This document shows positions 28,951 through 37,246 of a DNA stretch of 55,186 nt, one piece after another. Positions within the stretch are counted from its first letter, which is position 1. Each line of letters opens with the position of its first letter. The DNA is from Candidatus Geohabitans tengchongensis (lineage in GTDB: Bacteria; Sysuimicrobiota; Sysuimicrobiia; Sysuimicrobiales; Humicultoraceae). A program made the position numbers and the translations under genes. The notes under the pieces were generated by a model, which was not told the DNA's origin, made no database searches, and was given only the letters and a program-made list of their open reading frames with translations. The stretch covers positions 1 through 55,186 of the forward strand of contig JAVKIH010000015.1 in the NCBI GenBank assembly GCA_031459625.1, read 5' to 3'.

Positions 28951-29613
28951 CTACCACCACCGTCGGGCGTGCAGGACCGGGATGGCCGGCTGCCAGAGGG
29001 CTTCCCGCCCGCTCCCCTCCTCACGGATCCGCCATCCCTCCTCCCCCACCGTCACCCGGACTCGCCGCACCGCCCGCTCCTCCAGGCGTCCCAGGAACCA
29101 CTCCCGCCCCGGCGGAGTGGCCAGGTCCGGGCAGGCCGCCACCACCGTCCAGGGGAGGGCCAGCAGGCGGTCCAAGGCGTCCAGCACCCGGCGGAAGACC
29201 CGCACCGCCTCGCTGCGGTGGAGGTTCTCGTCCAGGAGGGCGTCCAGCGGGCCTGAGAGGAACAGGGCGCTGGGACCTCCTGCCGCGGCGATTCTGGGCA
29301 GGTGTTCCTTCAGGAGCGCCTCCAGCTGGTAGGCCGTGAAGGCCCTGGAGACGCGGATCCGCTCCAGGAACCACCGGGAGGAACGGTGGAGGCGGCGGGC
29401 CAGGTGGCCCACCAGGTAGGGGTCGAAGGCGTTGGCGCCGTCCACCACCAGCAGGGTGCGGTCTTCCCCTACCGTCCGGAGCGCCAGGAGGAGGCCCACG
29501 GTCAGACAGGCATCCGGCCCCCTCACGAGGATCAGCCCGCGCGCCGGCGGCGGCAGGAGTGGGGCATCCGGCAGGGCAAGGGTCATGGCTACCTGTCCCG
29601 TGGTGGAGTTCAC
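28951..29613 (-). CDS. Inactivated RecA/RadA-like protein (iRadA)
   Basis: VVDGANAFDPY, IRVSRAFTAYQL; no Walker A; probable leaderless GTG. Confidence 0.8.
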   Translation of the reverse strand: MNSTTGQVAMTLALPDAPLLPPPARGLILVRGPDACLTVGLLLALRTVGEDRTLLVVDGANAFDPYLVGHLARRLHRSSRWFLERIRVSRAFTAYQLEALLKEHLPRIAAAGGPSALFLSGPLDALLDENLHRSEAVRVFRRVLDALDRLLALPWTVVAACPDLATPPGREWFLGRLEERAVRRVRVTVGEEGWRIREEGSGREALWQPAIPVLHARRWW

Positions 29614-29619
29614 CTAGCA

Positions 29620-29647
29620 AGTATACGAACTGATGTTCGTATGTCAA
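29620..29647 (-). promoter_or_regulatory. SOS promoter with Gram-positive-type LexA box
   Basis: TTGACA-N16-TATACT with CGAAC-TGAT-GTTCG (29626-29639) in the spacer. Confidence 0.88.
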
Positions 29648-29664
29648 GTCGGAACGACCCAGGG

Positions 29665-29700
29665 AAAAAAGGCCGGCGCCCCGGCAATTGCCGGGGCGCC
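29665..29700 (-). terminator. Intrinsic terminator after the peptide gene
   Basis: Perfect palindrome GGCGCCCCGGC-AATT-GCCGGGGCGCC followed on minus by GGCC-T6. Confidence 0.75.
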
Positions 29701-29730
29701 TAGATCCGGCTCCAGCCCGGAACGGGAGGG

Positions 29731-29937
29731 CTACTCTACCACCGGGTCAGAGGGTCCCTGACTCCCTGCACCCCCTTCCCGTGGGCCCCCTTGCCCGCCC
29801 CGATCCACGTCGGCACCCCCACGCTCGCCAGCGCGGCCTCCCCGCTCGTCCCGACCCGCCAGCGCGGGACCGGCGGCAACTCCGACCACTATCACCACCA
29901 GCAGCAGGGCTGCCAGGATGATCCAGGCTCGCTTCAT
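29731..29937 (-). CDS. Secreted 68-aa pro-peptide with tandem RGG-ending heptads (putative signalling peptide)
   Basis: MKR + hydrophobic core + ALA cleavage site, then GRDERGG/RAGERGG/ADVDRGG; purine-rich RBS. Confidence 0.7.
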   Translation of the reverse strand: MKRAWIILAALLLVVIVVGVAAGPALAGRDERGGRAGERGGADVDRGGQGGPREGGAGSQGPSDPVVE

Positions 29938-29955
29938 CGTCCCTCTCCCCTCTCC

Positions 29956-30954
29956 TCAGTCAGAGTGCGCCCCACCACTGATGGCGAAGGCGTCCACACC
30001 ATTGCGGCGCTGGTAGAGCTCCCGTGCCAGGTCCTGCTCGCGCTCGCTGAGCGCCAGCCCGGCGGTGTGGTGCAGCCGGATGACCAGGGGCACGAAGTCG
30101 AGCAGGATGGGGTGCTTCCCCAGGCTGAGGGCCAGGTCCACCCCCACGTCGGCGTAGTGCAGGGCCGTCGGCAGGCTCTCGTGCTGGGTGGTCTCGGCAG
30201 CCAGCAGCAGGGCCTGGGCGTGGGTGATCGGGTCGGTGATCTCCTCCGGCGACTCCATGATCGCCAGCGCCGTCGACCGGCCCCCTCGCCAGTTGCCGCG
30301 CAGCGCCTCCAACCGGCCCAGCTCCAGGTCGATGCGGGCGGTGGGTTCGCCGAGCCGCCGCTTGTGCGCCCGCGCCTCCACCAGCGCCTCCTCGCCCTCG
30401 GCGAAGGCCTGGCGGTCCAGGTAGACCCACCCGAGGTTGTGGAGGGCGTCGGCCACGTGGGTGAGAGCGCCGGCTTCGGCGTAGCGGTCCCGGGCCCGGG
30501 CGAAGTGGCGCAGGGCGTCCGAGAACATCCCCAGGTAGCGCTCGGCCAGCCCCAGGTTGAGGAGGGCGTTGCCCGCCTGGCGCGGGTCGCCGATGTCCTC
30601 GGCCAGGAGGAGCGCCTGCCGGCCGGCCTCCCAGGCTTCGCGGATGCGCGAGCCCTGGTAGCAGGCCGCCGTGAGGTTGGCGTAGAGCCGAGCCAGCCAG
30701 CGGCCGCGGTCGAGGTGCTGCAGGGTGGTGAGGGCGATAGCCTTGCGGAAGGCGGTGACCGCACGGTCGGCGTCCCCGAGCCGGAAGGCGCAGACCCCGG
30801 CGTGGTTCCACAACGTGGAGGCTTCGTCCGCGTCGAGGAACTCGGTGAGCTCCGCCGCCTGGACGAACAGCGCGCAGGCCTGCGGGTAGCGGCCCGACTC
30901 CTGGTACCGGCGTGCCGCCTGCTTGAGGAGTTCGACGTGGCCCAGCGCCGACAT
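29956..30954 (-). CDS. Tetratricopeptide repeat protein (putative RRNPP-like receptor)
   Basis: TPR helices LWNHAG, LYANL, ALLNLG, ALHNLG; ATG with GGGAGG. Confidence 0.8.
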   Translation of the reverse strand: MSALGHVELLKQAARRYQESGRYPQACALFVQAAELTEFLDADEASTLWNHAGVCAFRLGDADRAVTAFRKAIALTTLQHLDRGRWLARLYANLTAACYQGSRIREAWEAGRQALLLAEDIGDPRQAGNALLNLGLAERYLGMFSDALRHFARARDRYAEAGALTHVADALHNLGWVYLDRQAFAEGEEALVEARAHKRRLGEPTARIDLELGRLEALRGNWRGGRSTALAIMESPEEITDPITHAQALLLAAETTQHESLPTALHYADVGVDLALSLGKHPILLDFVPLVIRLHHTAGLALSEREQDLARELYQRRNGVDAFAISGGAHSD

Positions 30955-31053
30955 ACCCGGCCCTCCCGGTCGTCTGCGTACCAGGCCCCTATGCCCCGCG
31001 GGGGGACCGGCTAGACCTCCGGCGGCCGCAGGCGGAACCGGCACCGAAGTTCC

Positions 31054-31084
31054 CTGCGGGTGGCCCTCGCTGCGGGTGGCCCTC
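31054..31084. repeat. 15-bp direct repeat, period 16
   Basis: CTGCGGGTGGCCCTC at 31054-68 and 31070-84. Confidence 0.7.
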
Positions 31085-31093
31085 CCCCGGCAG

Positions 31094-31516
31094 TCAATCC
31101 ACCCGCTCGGCCCGCAGGACCACGGGGAGGCGGCGCGTCTCCGCGTACCAGCTGCGCACCGCCTGCAGCCCGTACTTCTCCTCGAACTTCCGGGTGATCG
31201 CCTCGACGGCGGCCGCAGCCTCGCCCGGCGGCTCCCAGCGCACCCGGTAGCGCCGGCCGCCAACGAGGACCATCCCCTCGCCGGCGCGGCGCAGGTTGCG
31301 GTACCAGTCGGTCCCGCGGCCGTGGCGGCGGGCGTAGGCCATCAGGTAGATGCGCAGAGGCCCCGCCAGCTCCGAGGCGAACCACAGCTCGACGGTGTGC
31401 TCGCGTCCCGTGCGCCGGCCGCGGGTGACCAGGCGCAGCGCGCGCTGGCGGCGCAGGAAGCGGTCGTCGGGGAGCGCCGCAGGGTCGGAGCGTCCCCGGG
31501 GCGGGCGCGGGGCCAC
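31094..31516 (-). CDS. Deazaflavin (F420)-dependent nitroreductase-family oxidoreductase
   Basis: LVTRGRRTGREH, DWYRNL, FEEKY, RLPVVL. Confidence 0.75.
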   Translation of the reverse strand: MAPRPPRGRSDPAALPDDRFLRRQRALRLVTRGRRTGREHTVELWFASELAGPLRIYLMAYARRHGRGTDWYRNLRRAGEGMVLVGGRRYRVRWEPPGEAAAAVEAITRKFEEKYGLQAVRSWYAETRRLPVVLRAERVD

Positions 31517-31520
31517 GGCG

Positions 31521-32060
31521 CTAGTCGGCGGGCGGCTTGAAGCGCTCGACGGGGTTGCGACAGGCGCGACAGTAGGCGATGGCGCGGCACAGGGTCGGGC
31601 CGAAGGGCGTCTCCAGCACCACGTCGGTCGAGCCGCAGAAGGGGCAGGTGGCGGGTTCGCGGAAGGTGCGGCGCGGTACGCTGAGACCGTACGTGCGCAG
31701 CTGCTCGCGCCCGCGTGCGCTGAGGCGCGCCAGCGTCCAGGGCTCGTCGAAGGTCAGGTCCACCGTCACCTCCTCCACGCCCGGGAGGGCGGCCACCCGC
31801 TCGCGCACCGTGCGTCGGATCACCTCGATGGCCGGGCAGGCGGAGTAGGTGGGGACGAGCCGGACCATCACCCGGCCGCCGTCCCGCCGCACCTCCCGCA
31901 CGAGGCCCAGGTCGGTGATCGCCAGCGGCAGCTCGGGGTCCTCGATCTGCTCCAGCACCCGCCAGACTTCGGCCTCAGCGGGTGGGGCGTCCACGGGTCT
32001 GGCGTCCACGGGCGTGGCGTCCACAGGCCCGGTCAGCGGGAGGCGGTAGCCGCCGCTCAC
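31521..32060 (-). CDS. paaD: Phenylacetyl-CoA epoxidase subunit PaaD
   Basis: DPELP..DLGLVR, PTYSACPA, CPFCGS, FGPTLCRA..C..C. Confidence 0.92.
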   Translation of the reverse strand: MSGGYRLPLTGPVDATPVDARPVDAPPAEAEVWRVLEQIEDPELPLAITDLGLVREVRRDGGRVMVRLVPTYSACPAIEVIRRTVRERVAALPGVEEVTVDLTFDEPWTLARLSARGREQLRTYGLSVPRRTFREPATCPFCGSTDVVLETPFGPTLCRAIAYCRACRNPVERFKPPAD

Positions 32061-32899
32061 CACCGCGCCTCCGGATCGAGCCGCCACACCGACGTCATCT
32101 CCTCCAGCAGCGCCGTCAGGTCGGGGGTGTGCCGGCCGGCCCGCCCGCCGGTGGCCGCGGGGCCCCGTCCCGGTCGCAGGCCCATCCCCTCGAGCAGCGC
32201 AGCGACCTCGTCGCGCCACCGCTCCGCCTGCTCGGACGAGGAGCGGGCGAGGAGCCCGTGCGCCACCAGGACCGCCTCGCCGTCTGTGGCCTCGAACAGG
32301 CCGAGGGCCTCACCCCAGACGGCGTCCAGCACGCGCTGCAGGCGGGCGGCGGCGGCGGGCCCGCCGCCGGCCAGGCGCTCCAGCCAGGTCTCGGCGAAGA
32401 GGCGGTGGTAGCGCTCCTCGCGCGCCAGCGTGCGGGCGAGCGCGGCCAGCGGCGCGTGCCCGCCGCTGGCCCACGTCTCCAGGCGGATGGCGTCGGCGCG
32501 GTCGTAGAGGACCATGCGTACGATGGCGAACCCCCACTCTCCGCGCCAGGCGGGCTCCCCCTCGGGGGGCGGCTCGAGCCCCCCGTCGTTGGGGCGCTCG
32601 AGCAGGACCGCGTTGCGAAAGGCCTGCGGCGGCCGGCCGAAGGCCAGCCGGTCCACCTCCTCCTCGGACCGGCCCTGCAGCCCCAGCACCATCTGGTAGA
32701 GGAGGCGGGCGTGGCCGATCTCCTCCTGGGCCACGGACGACAGCGCGATGTCCGACTCGATGTCGGGGCCGAAGCCGGTCCACTCGGCGTGGCGGTGCCC
32801 CAGCACCAGCTCGTCGTCCGCCGCCGCCAGCAGGTGGTCCGCCAGCAGTGTCGCCACCTCGGGCGCCAGGCCGGGGGTAGCGGCCCGGGGCTGGGCCAT
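32057..32899 (-). CDS. paaC: Phenylacetyl-CoA epoxidase subunit PaaC
   Basis: ADDELVLGHR..EW, QEEIGHAR, EERYH, GGRAGRHT. Confidence 0.92.
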   Translation of the reverse strand: MAQPRAATPGLAPEVATLLADHLLAAADDELVLGHRHAEWTGFGPDIESDIALSSVAQEEIGHARLLYQMVLGLQGRSEEEVDRLAFGRPPQAFRNAVLLERPNDGGLEPPPEGEPAWRGEWGFAIVRMVLYDRADAIRLETWASGGHAPLAALARTLAREERYHRLFAETWLERLAGGGPAAAARLQRVLDAVWGEALGLFEATDGEAVLVAHGLLARSSSEQAERWRDEVAALLEGMGLRPGRGPAATGGRAGRHTPDLTALLEEMTSVWRLDPEARW

Positions 32900-33210
32900 C
32901 ACGCGCCCCGCCGCCGCCCGTAGACCCGTTGCTGCTCGCGGTAGCTGCCGCCGAAGCGGTAGCTCTTGTCCGTGGCCGGTTGGAACATCTCCGCGTCCTC
33001 GGGCGCGGTGGCCTCGATGGCCGTGTAGGGGACGACCCACAGGCTGACGCATGGATCCCGCCGGGCGAACTGCTCCTTCGCCAGGACGAGGGCCATCCGG
33101 GGATCGGGGGCGTGGACGTCGCCGACGTGCACGTGCGCCTCGCTCTTCGTCTCCTGACGGAAGACCGCGTAGACGCGCTCCGCCTCCGGGACGACGGCGG
33201 CGAGCTTCAC
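32899..33210 (-). CDS. paaB: Phenylacetyl-CoA epoxidase subunit PaaB
   Basis: HVHVGDVHAPD..FARR..SLWVV..DKSYR. Confidence 0.9.
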   Translation of the reverse strand: MKLAAVVPEAERVYAVFRQETKSEAHVHVGDVHAPDPRMALVLAKEQFARRDPCVSLWVVPYTAIEATAPEDAEMFQPATDKSYRFGGSYREQQRVYGRRRGA

Positions 33211-33752
33211 CGGCTGCTCCCCTCCGGGAGCGTCTCGGTGTGGAAGGCCAGCGCCGAATAGTCGATGGTCTCCACCGGGGCGCCGAGCTGGCGCAGCATG
33301 GCCATCGCCTGGGCCCGGTGGTGCACCTCGTGCAGGAGGAGCTGCGTGGCCACCCCCCCGGCCGTCGTGCGCACGCGGCGTGCCGGCCGGTCGGGCTGGC
33401 GCACGACGTACTCCACCGGCCGGGTCCAGTCCGCGATGCTGCGCAGGACCTGCCGGGTCACCTCGGCCTGCTCGCGCCAGGCGGCCTCGAGCGGGGGGAA
33501 GTCGGTCTCGTAGAAGCGCGCGAAGGGGTGCTCCCGCAAAGGCGGGACCGGCTCCCCCTGGAGGCGGCGCACGTAGTTGGACTCCGCCAGCGGGATCTCC
33601 ACCAGCGTGTGGCGCAGGGTGCGCTTGCCGAAGGGGAACTCCCGGGTGTACTGTTCGAACGTCAACCCGCGCGCGGCCGCCAGCACGCGCTCGCGGGCCA
33701 TCGCCAAGTACTCGTAGATCTCCGCCGGGTCAAGGCCCTCCGCCCGTGGCAT
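33207..33752 (-). CDS. DinB/YfiT-family four-helix-bundle protein
   Basis: TLRHTLVEI..AE, LLLHEVHHRAQ..LRQLG. Confidence 0.85.
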   Translation of the reverse strand: MPRAEGLDPAEIYEYLAMARERVLAAARGLTFEQYTREFPFGKRTLRHTLVEIPLAESNYVRRLQGEPVPPLREHPFARFYETDFPPLEAAWREQAEVTRQVLRSIADWTRPVEYVVRQPDRPARRVRTTAGGVATQLLLHEVHHRAQAMAMLRQLGAPVETIDYSALAFHTETLPEGSSR

Positions 33753-33851
33753 CGCCTGTGCGCCTCCTCGAACCCGTGACGTGTCGTCCGACCCCGCCGC
33801 CCGCGCCCCTGCGCCGGCCGCCCGGGCCGCCGCCCCTCGGGCCGCTGCCCC

Positions 33852-34787
33852 TCAGGCCGCCGCCGACCACCGCTCCAGCGCCTCGCGCACCCAGGCGTGG
33901 CGCCGCCACACCGCGTTGCGCAGGGCCAGGCGCTGCTGCGACTTCGGCCCCTCGCCGCGGATGACGTGCCGGAACTCCTCCCAGTCCGGCTCGGTGTAGA
34001 CGTACTCGCCCCTGGCCTCGTCCCAGCGCAGCCCCGGGTCGGGGACGCGCAGGCCGTACTCCTGGATGAGCGGGACGAACTGGCGGAGGAACTGCTGGCG
34101 CAGCTCGTCGTTGGTCTTCACCTTGATGCGCCAGCGCATCATCGTCCGGAGGTGCGGCGAGTCGGTGTCGTGGGGGCCGAAGAAGTGCATGATGGGCGTC
34201 CACCAGCGGTCCAGCGCGTCCTGCAGCATGGCGCGCTGGCGGGGGGTGCCCTCCGCCAGCGCCTTGAAGTTGTCGATGCCGAGCCGGATGTGGAAGTCCT
34301 CCTCGTAGCAGATGCGCTTGAGGACGCGCGCGTAGGGGGCGTAGGAGCAGGCCCGCAGCGACCCCTGGGTCTGCATGGCCGCGCCGTCCACGAAGACCTG
34401 GATGACGGCCACGTCCGCCCAGGTCTCCGCCGGGTAGTGGAAGACGTTGTGGAACTTGCTCCGCCCCGCCAGCAGGTCCTCGAGCATCTGGCGCCGGGGC
34501 TTGCCCAGATCCTCCGCCACCCGGTAGAGGAGCTGGCCGTGGCCGACCTCGTCCTGCACCTTGGCCACGAGCTGCATCTTGCGGGCGAGGGTGGGGGCGC
34601 GGGGGATCCACTCCCGCTCCGGCAGCGCCCCCATGATCTCGGAGTTGGCGTGCATCTGGATGAGGCGGAGGCACTCGGCGCGGTACTGGGCCGGCATCCA
34701 CTCCGTGGCCTCGATGCGCTCCCCGCGGGCGATGCGCGCCTCGAACTCGGCCAGCCGTTCCGGGTCCTCCTGGACCTGCGGCTCCAT
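33852..34787 (-). CDS. paaA: Phenylacetyl-CoA epoxidase catalytic subunit PaaA
   Basis: HANSEIMG, KVQDEVGHG, CYEEDFH diiron ligands, NDELRQ. Confidence 0.95.
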   Translation of the reverse strand: MEPQVQEDPERLAEFEARIARGERIEATEWMPAQYRAECLRLIQMHANSEIMGALPEREWIPRAPTLARKMQLVAKVQDEVGHGQLLYRVAEDLGKPRRQMLEDLLAGRSKFHNVFHYPAETWADVAVIQVFVDGAAMQTQGSLRACSYAPYARVLKRICYEEDFHIRLGIDNFKALAEGTPRQRAMLQDALDRWWTPIMHFFGPHDTDSPHLRTMMRWRIKVKTNDELRQQFLRQFVPLIQEYGLRVPDPGLRWDEARGEYVYTEPDWEEFRHVIRGEGPKSQQRLALRNAVWRRHAWVREALERWSAAA

Positions 34788-34860
34788 GGTCGCCTCCGGG
34801 CGGTGACCGCGCCGGCCGCCGCTCATCGCGGCGCGTGCGGCGCGGATCCGCGCGTGATCG

Positions 34861-34890
34861 ATTCTAGGCGCCGCGCCGTGGCGGGGTCAA
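34861..34890 (-). promoter_or_regulatory. Promoter of the paa operon
   Basis: TTGACC-N18-TAGAAT, with palindrome CGCGGATCCGCG (34841-52) just downstream. Confidence 0.6.
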
Positions 34891-34935
34891 TGCGCCGCGG
34901 CGGCGCCGGGACGCGTGCGCGCCACGCCGTGCCGG

Positions 34936-35793
34936 TCAGGGCGACCGCGTCCAGAAGAGCGGGTCGACGCGCACGCCGTGCACGCGCATCCCCCAGTGGA
35001 GGTGCGGGCCGGTGGCGAGCCCCGTGGCCCCCACCGTGCCCACGACCGCGCCCTGGCGCACGTGCTGTCCCGGGCTCACGGCGATGCGGTGGAGGTGCTG
35101 GTAGGTGGTGAAGACGCCGGCGCCGTGGTCGAGCACGACGGTGTTGCCGCTGAGCGGCAGCGTCTCCGCCAGCGTGACCAGCCCGTGGTGCGCCGCCCGC
35201 ACCGGCGTGCCCACCGCCCCGCGGAAGTCCACCCCCAGGTGGTAGCCGCGCGGGACGCCGTTGTAGATACTGCGCACGCCGTACCCCGAGGTCACCGGCC
35301 CGTCCACCGGGCGGATGAAGGGGCCGGTCCACTGCGGCTCGGGGAGGGGATGGGCGGTGGCAGCGGCCATGCGGGCGCGCTCGCGCGCCACCAGGGCCGG
35401 GTCGAGCAGCTGCGGCGGGACGCGCAGCCGGCGCAGGCCGAAGTCGCCGCGCCGGACGACCACGTAGGTGGCGGCGCGCACCAGGCCGTCGGGGCTGGGG
35501 GCCTGTACGGTCAGCGGCAACCGGCCCGGCGGGGTGAGGGGGCTGGTGCCGACGAAGGCGCGCAGCGTCCCCTCGAACCGGTGGAGGGGCACGGTCTGGG
35601 CTCCGGCGCGCAGCTCCGCCTGGGCCGGCGCGCCCCGCACCCTGACCTCGACGGTGGCTCCCTGGACGACCGCGGCAGGGGTGGCGGTGAGGAGGAGCGG
35701 CGTGCGGGCAACCACCGGGAGGTTCGCGGCGGGCAGGAGGAGCGCACAGAGCGTGGCCAGGGCGGCGAGGAGGACGACGGCAAGGCGCGACAT
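34936..35793 (-). CDS. M23-family metallopeptidase, secreted
   Basis: HLGVD and ATGPHLHW motifs; signal peptide. Confidence 0.9.
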   Translation of the reverse strand: MSRLAVVLLAALATLCALLLPAANLPVVARTPLLLTATPAAVVQGATVEVRVRGAPAQAELRAGAQTVPLHRFEGTLRAFVGTSPLTPPGRLPLTVQAPSPDGLVRAATYVVVRRGDFGLRRLRVPPQLLDPALVARERARMAAATAHPLPEPQWTGPFIRPVDGPVTSGYGVRSIYNGVPRGYHLGVDFRGAVGTPVRAAHHGLVTLAETLPLSGNTVVLDHGAGVFTTYQHLHRIAVSPGQHVRQGAVVGTVGATGLATGPHLHWGMRVHGVRVDPLFWTRSP

Positions 35794-35868
35794 CTCGCGC
35801 GCTGATCTTCGCGGTGCGGCCCGCCGGATCCTCGGGACCGGCCGGCAGCGGCCGGCGGGCGCGCCGGG

Positions 35869-37182
35869 CTACCGCCCCAGGTTGCCGGCGTCCAGGACGA
35901 TGGCGGCCGCCAGGCGGGCGGCCTGGGCCATCCGCTCCGGGTCGAGCCGGTCGACCGTGTCCTGCGGCGTGTGGATGGCCGGGTCGTTGCCGGTGTGCAG
36001 GAAGGCGGTGGGGATGCCGGCCTGCTCGAAGGGGACGTGGTCGCTCCCGTAGGCGCCGCCGGGCCGGAAGGGCTGCAGCGGCAGGCCCAGGCGCTGGGCG
36101 GCGCGGCGGGCGACGGCGCGCAGCCGGTCCGCTCCCGGGGTCTCGACGAGCAGGAGCGGGCCGCGCCCCACCATGTCCATGTTCACCAACCCCACCAGGC
36201 GCTCCCGCGTCGCCTGGACGTAGTGGCGCGACCCGTCGAGGCCCACCTCTTCCGCCCCGAACCCGACGATCTCCACCGAGAGGGGCAGGCGCACCCCGGC
36301 GAGCAGGCGCGCCGCCTCCAGGGCCGCGGCGATCCCCGAGGCGTTGTCGTTGGCCCCGGGACTCTGCGGGACCGTGTCGAGGTGCCCGCCGATGACCAGC
36401 GTGGCCGGGCTTTCTCCGGCGCGGCGGCCGACCACGTTCCAGCTCGTCACCTCCTCCACCCGCGCCTGGAGGCGCAGGTGCACCACCACCGGGCCGCGCG
36501 TCAGGAGCGCGCGCAGTCGGTCCCCTTCCTCGCCGGAGATCGTGACGGCCGGCAGCGCGGCGGGGACGCCCAGGGTGCCGGCGGGAATGGGACCGGACTC
36601 GTCGTTGTACACGATCACGGCCAGCGCCCCCGCTTCCGCCGCGTGCTCGACCTTCTCCCGGAAGGTCATGGGGTCCACACCCGCGCGCGGGCCGCGGCGC
36701 ACCAGCACGACCTTGCCGCGCGCGCCCGCCCGGGCCAGTTCGTCCGGCCGGCCCACGCCCGCCTCAACCAGTGGCGCGGTCACCCCCTCCGGCGGCGTCG
36801 AGCCCGCGAGCTGGAGGACGGACGGCCGCAGGGTCAGCGCCTCGGGCGCGGTCACCCGCAGCGCCACCTCCCGTACCTCGAAGCGCGGAACGGTGAAGGG
36901 CTGGCGGCGCACCTGGTACCCCAGGTCGCGCAGCTGCGCCTCCATGTACTCCACGGCGCGCAGGTACCCCGGCTCGCCCACTGCCCGGGGCCCGATGCGC
37001 CCGGCGAGCGCGGTGGCGTGGCGCCAGGTGGCCTCGGGGGAAGCCTCGGGCAGGACCCCAGGCGCCACCGCCGCAGCGGCCGGCGGCGCGCCGGGCGCCA
37101 CGGATGCCGCGGGGGCGACCGGCAGGGCCGGCGCCGGGAGGAGCAGGGCCAGGAGGAGCGGGAGGAACCGCGGGGCTCGCAT
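35869..37182 (-). CDS. M28-family aminopeptidase with PA domain, secreted
   Basis: GGHLDTV, GANDNASG, GAEEVGL, NMDM, SDH, IHTPQD. Confidence 0.9.
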   Translation of the reverse strand: MRAPRFLPLLLALLLPAPALPVAPAASVAPGAPPAAAAVAPGVLPEASPEATWRHATALAGRIGPRAVGEPGYLRAVEYMEAQLRDLGYQVRRQPFTVPRFEVREVALRVTAPEALTLRPSVLQLAGSTPPEGVTAPLVEAGVGRPDELARAGARGKVVLVRRGPRAGVDPMTFREKVEHAAEAGALAVIVYNDESGPIPAGTLGVPAALPAVTISGEEGDRLRALLTRGPVVVHLRLQARVEEVTSWNVVGRRAGESPATLVIGGHLDTVPQSPGANDNASGIAAALEAARLLAGVRLPLSVEIVGFGAEEVGLDGSRHYVQATRERLVGLVNMDMVGRGPLLLVETPGADRLRAVARRAAQRLGLPLQPFRPGGAYGSDHVPFEQAGIPTAFLHTGNDPAIHTPQDTVDRLDPERMAQAARLAAAIVLDAGNLGR

Positions 37183-37246
37183 CTACCGGAGAGACGTTCG
37201 CCCACCCCGCCCGGTTCCCCCGCGCGACGGGCGGAGCGGCGGACGG

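Noticed and set aside
26332..30954. PolB locus as a prophage, casposon or pipolin
   Set aside because: No integrase, Cas1, terminal repeats or virion genes; motifs and partner genes fit cellular PolB2.
31985..32030. 15-bp tandem repeat encoding PVDAT/PVDAR/PVDAP
   Set aside because: It is an in-frame low-complexity N-terminal extension of PaaD.
33207..33752. DinB as DNA polymerase IV
   Set aside because: It is a 181-aa helical-bundle DinB/YfiT protein with no Y-family polymerase motifs.
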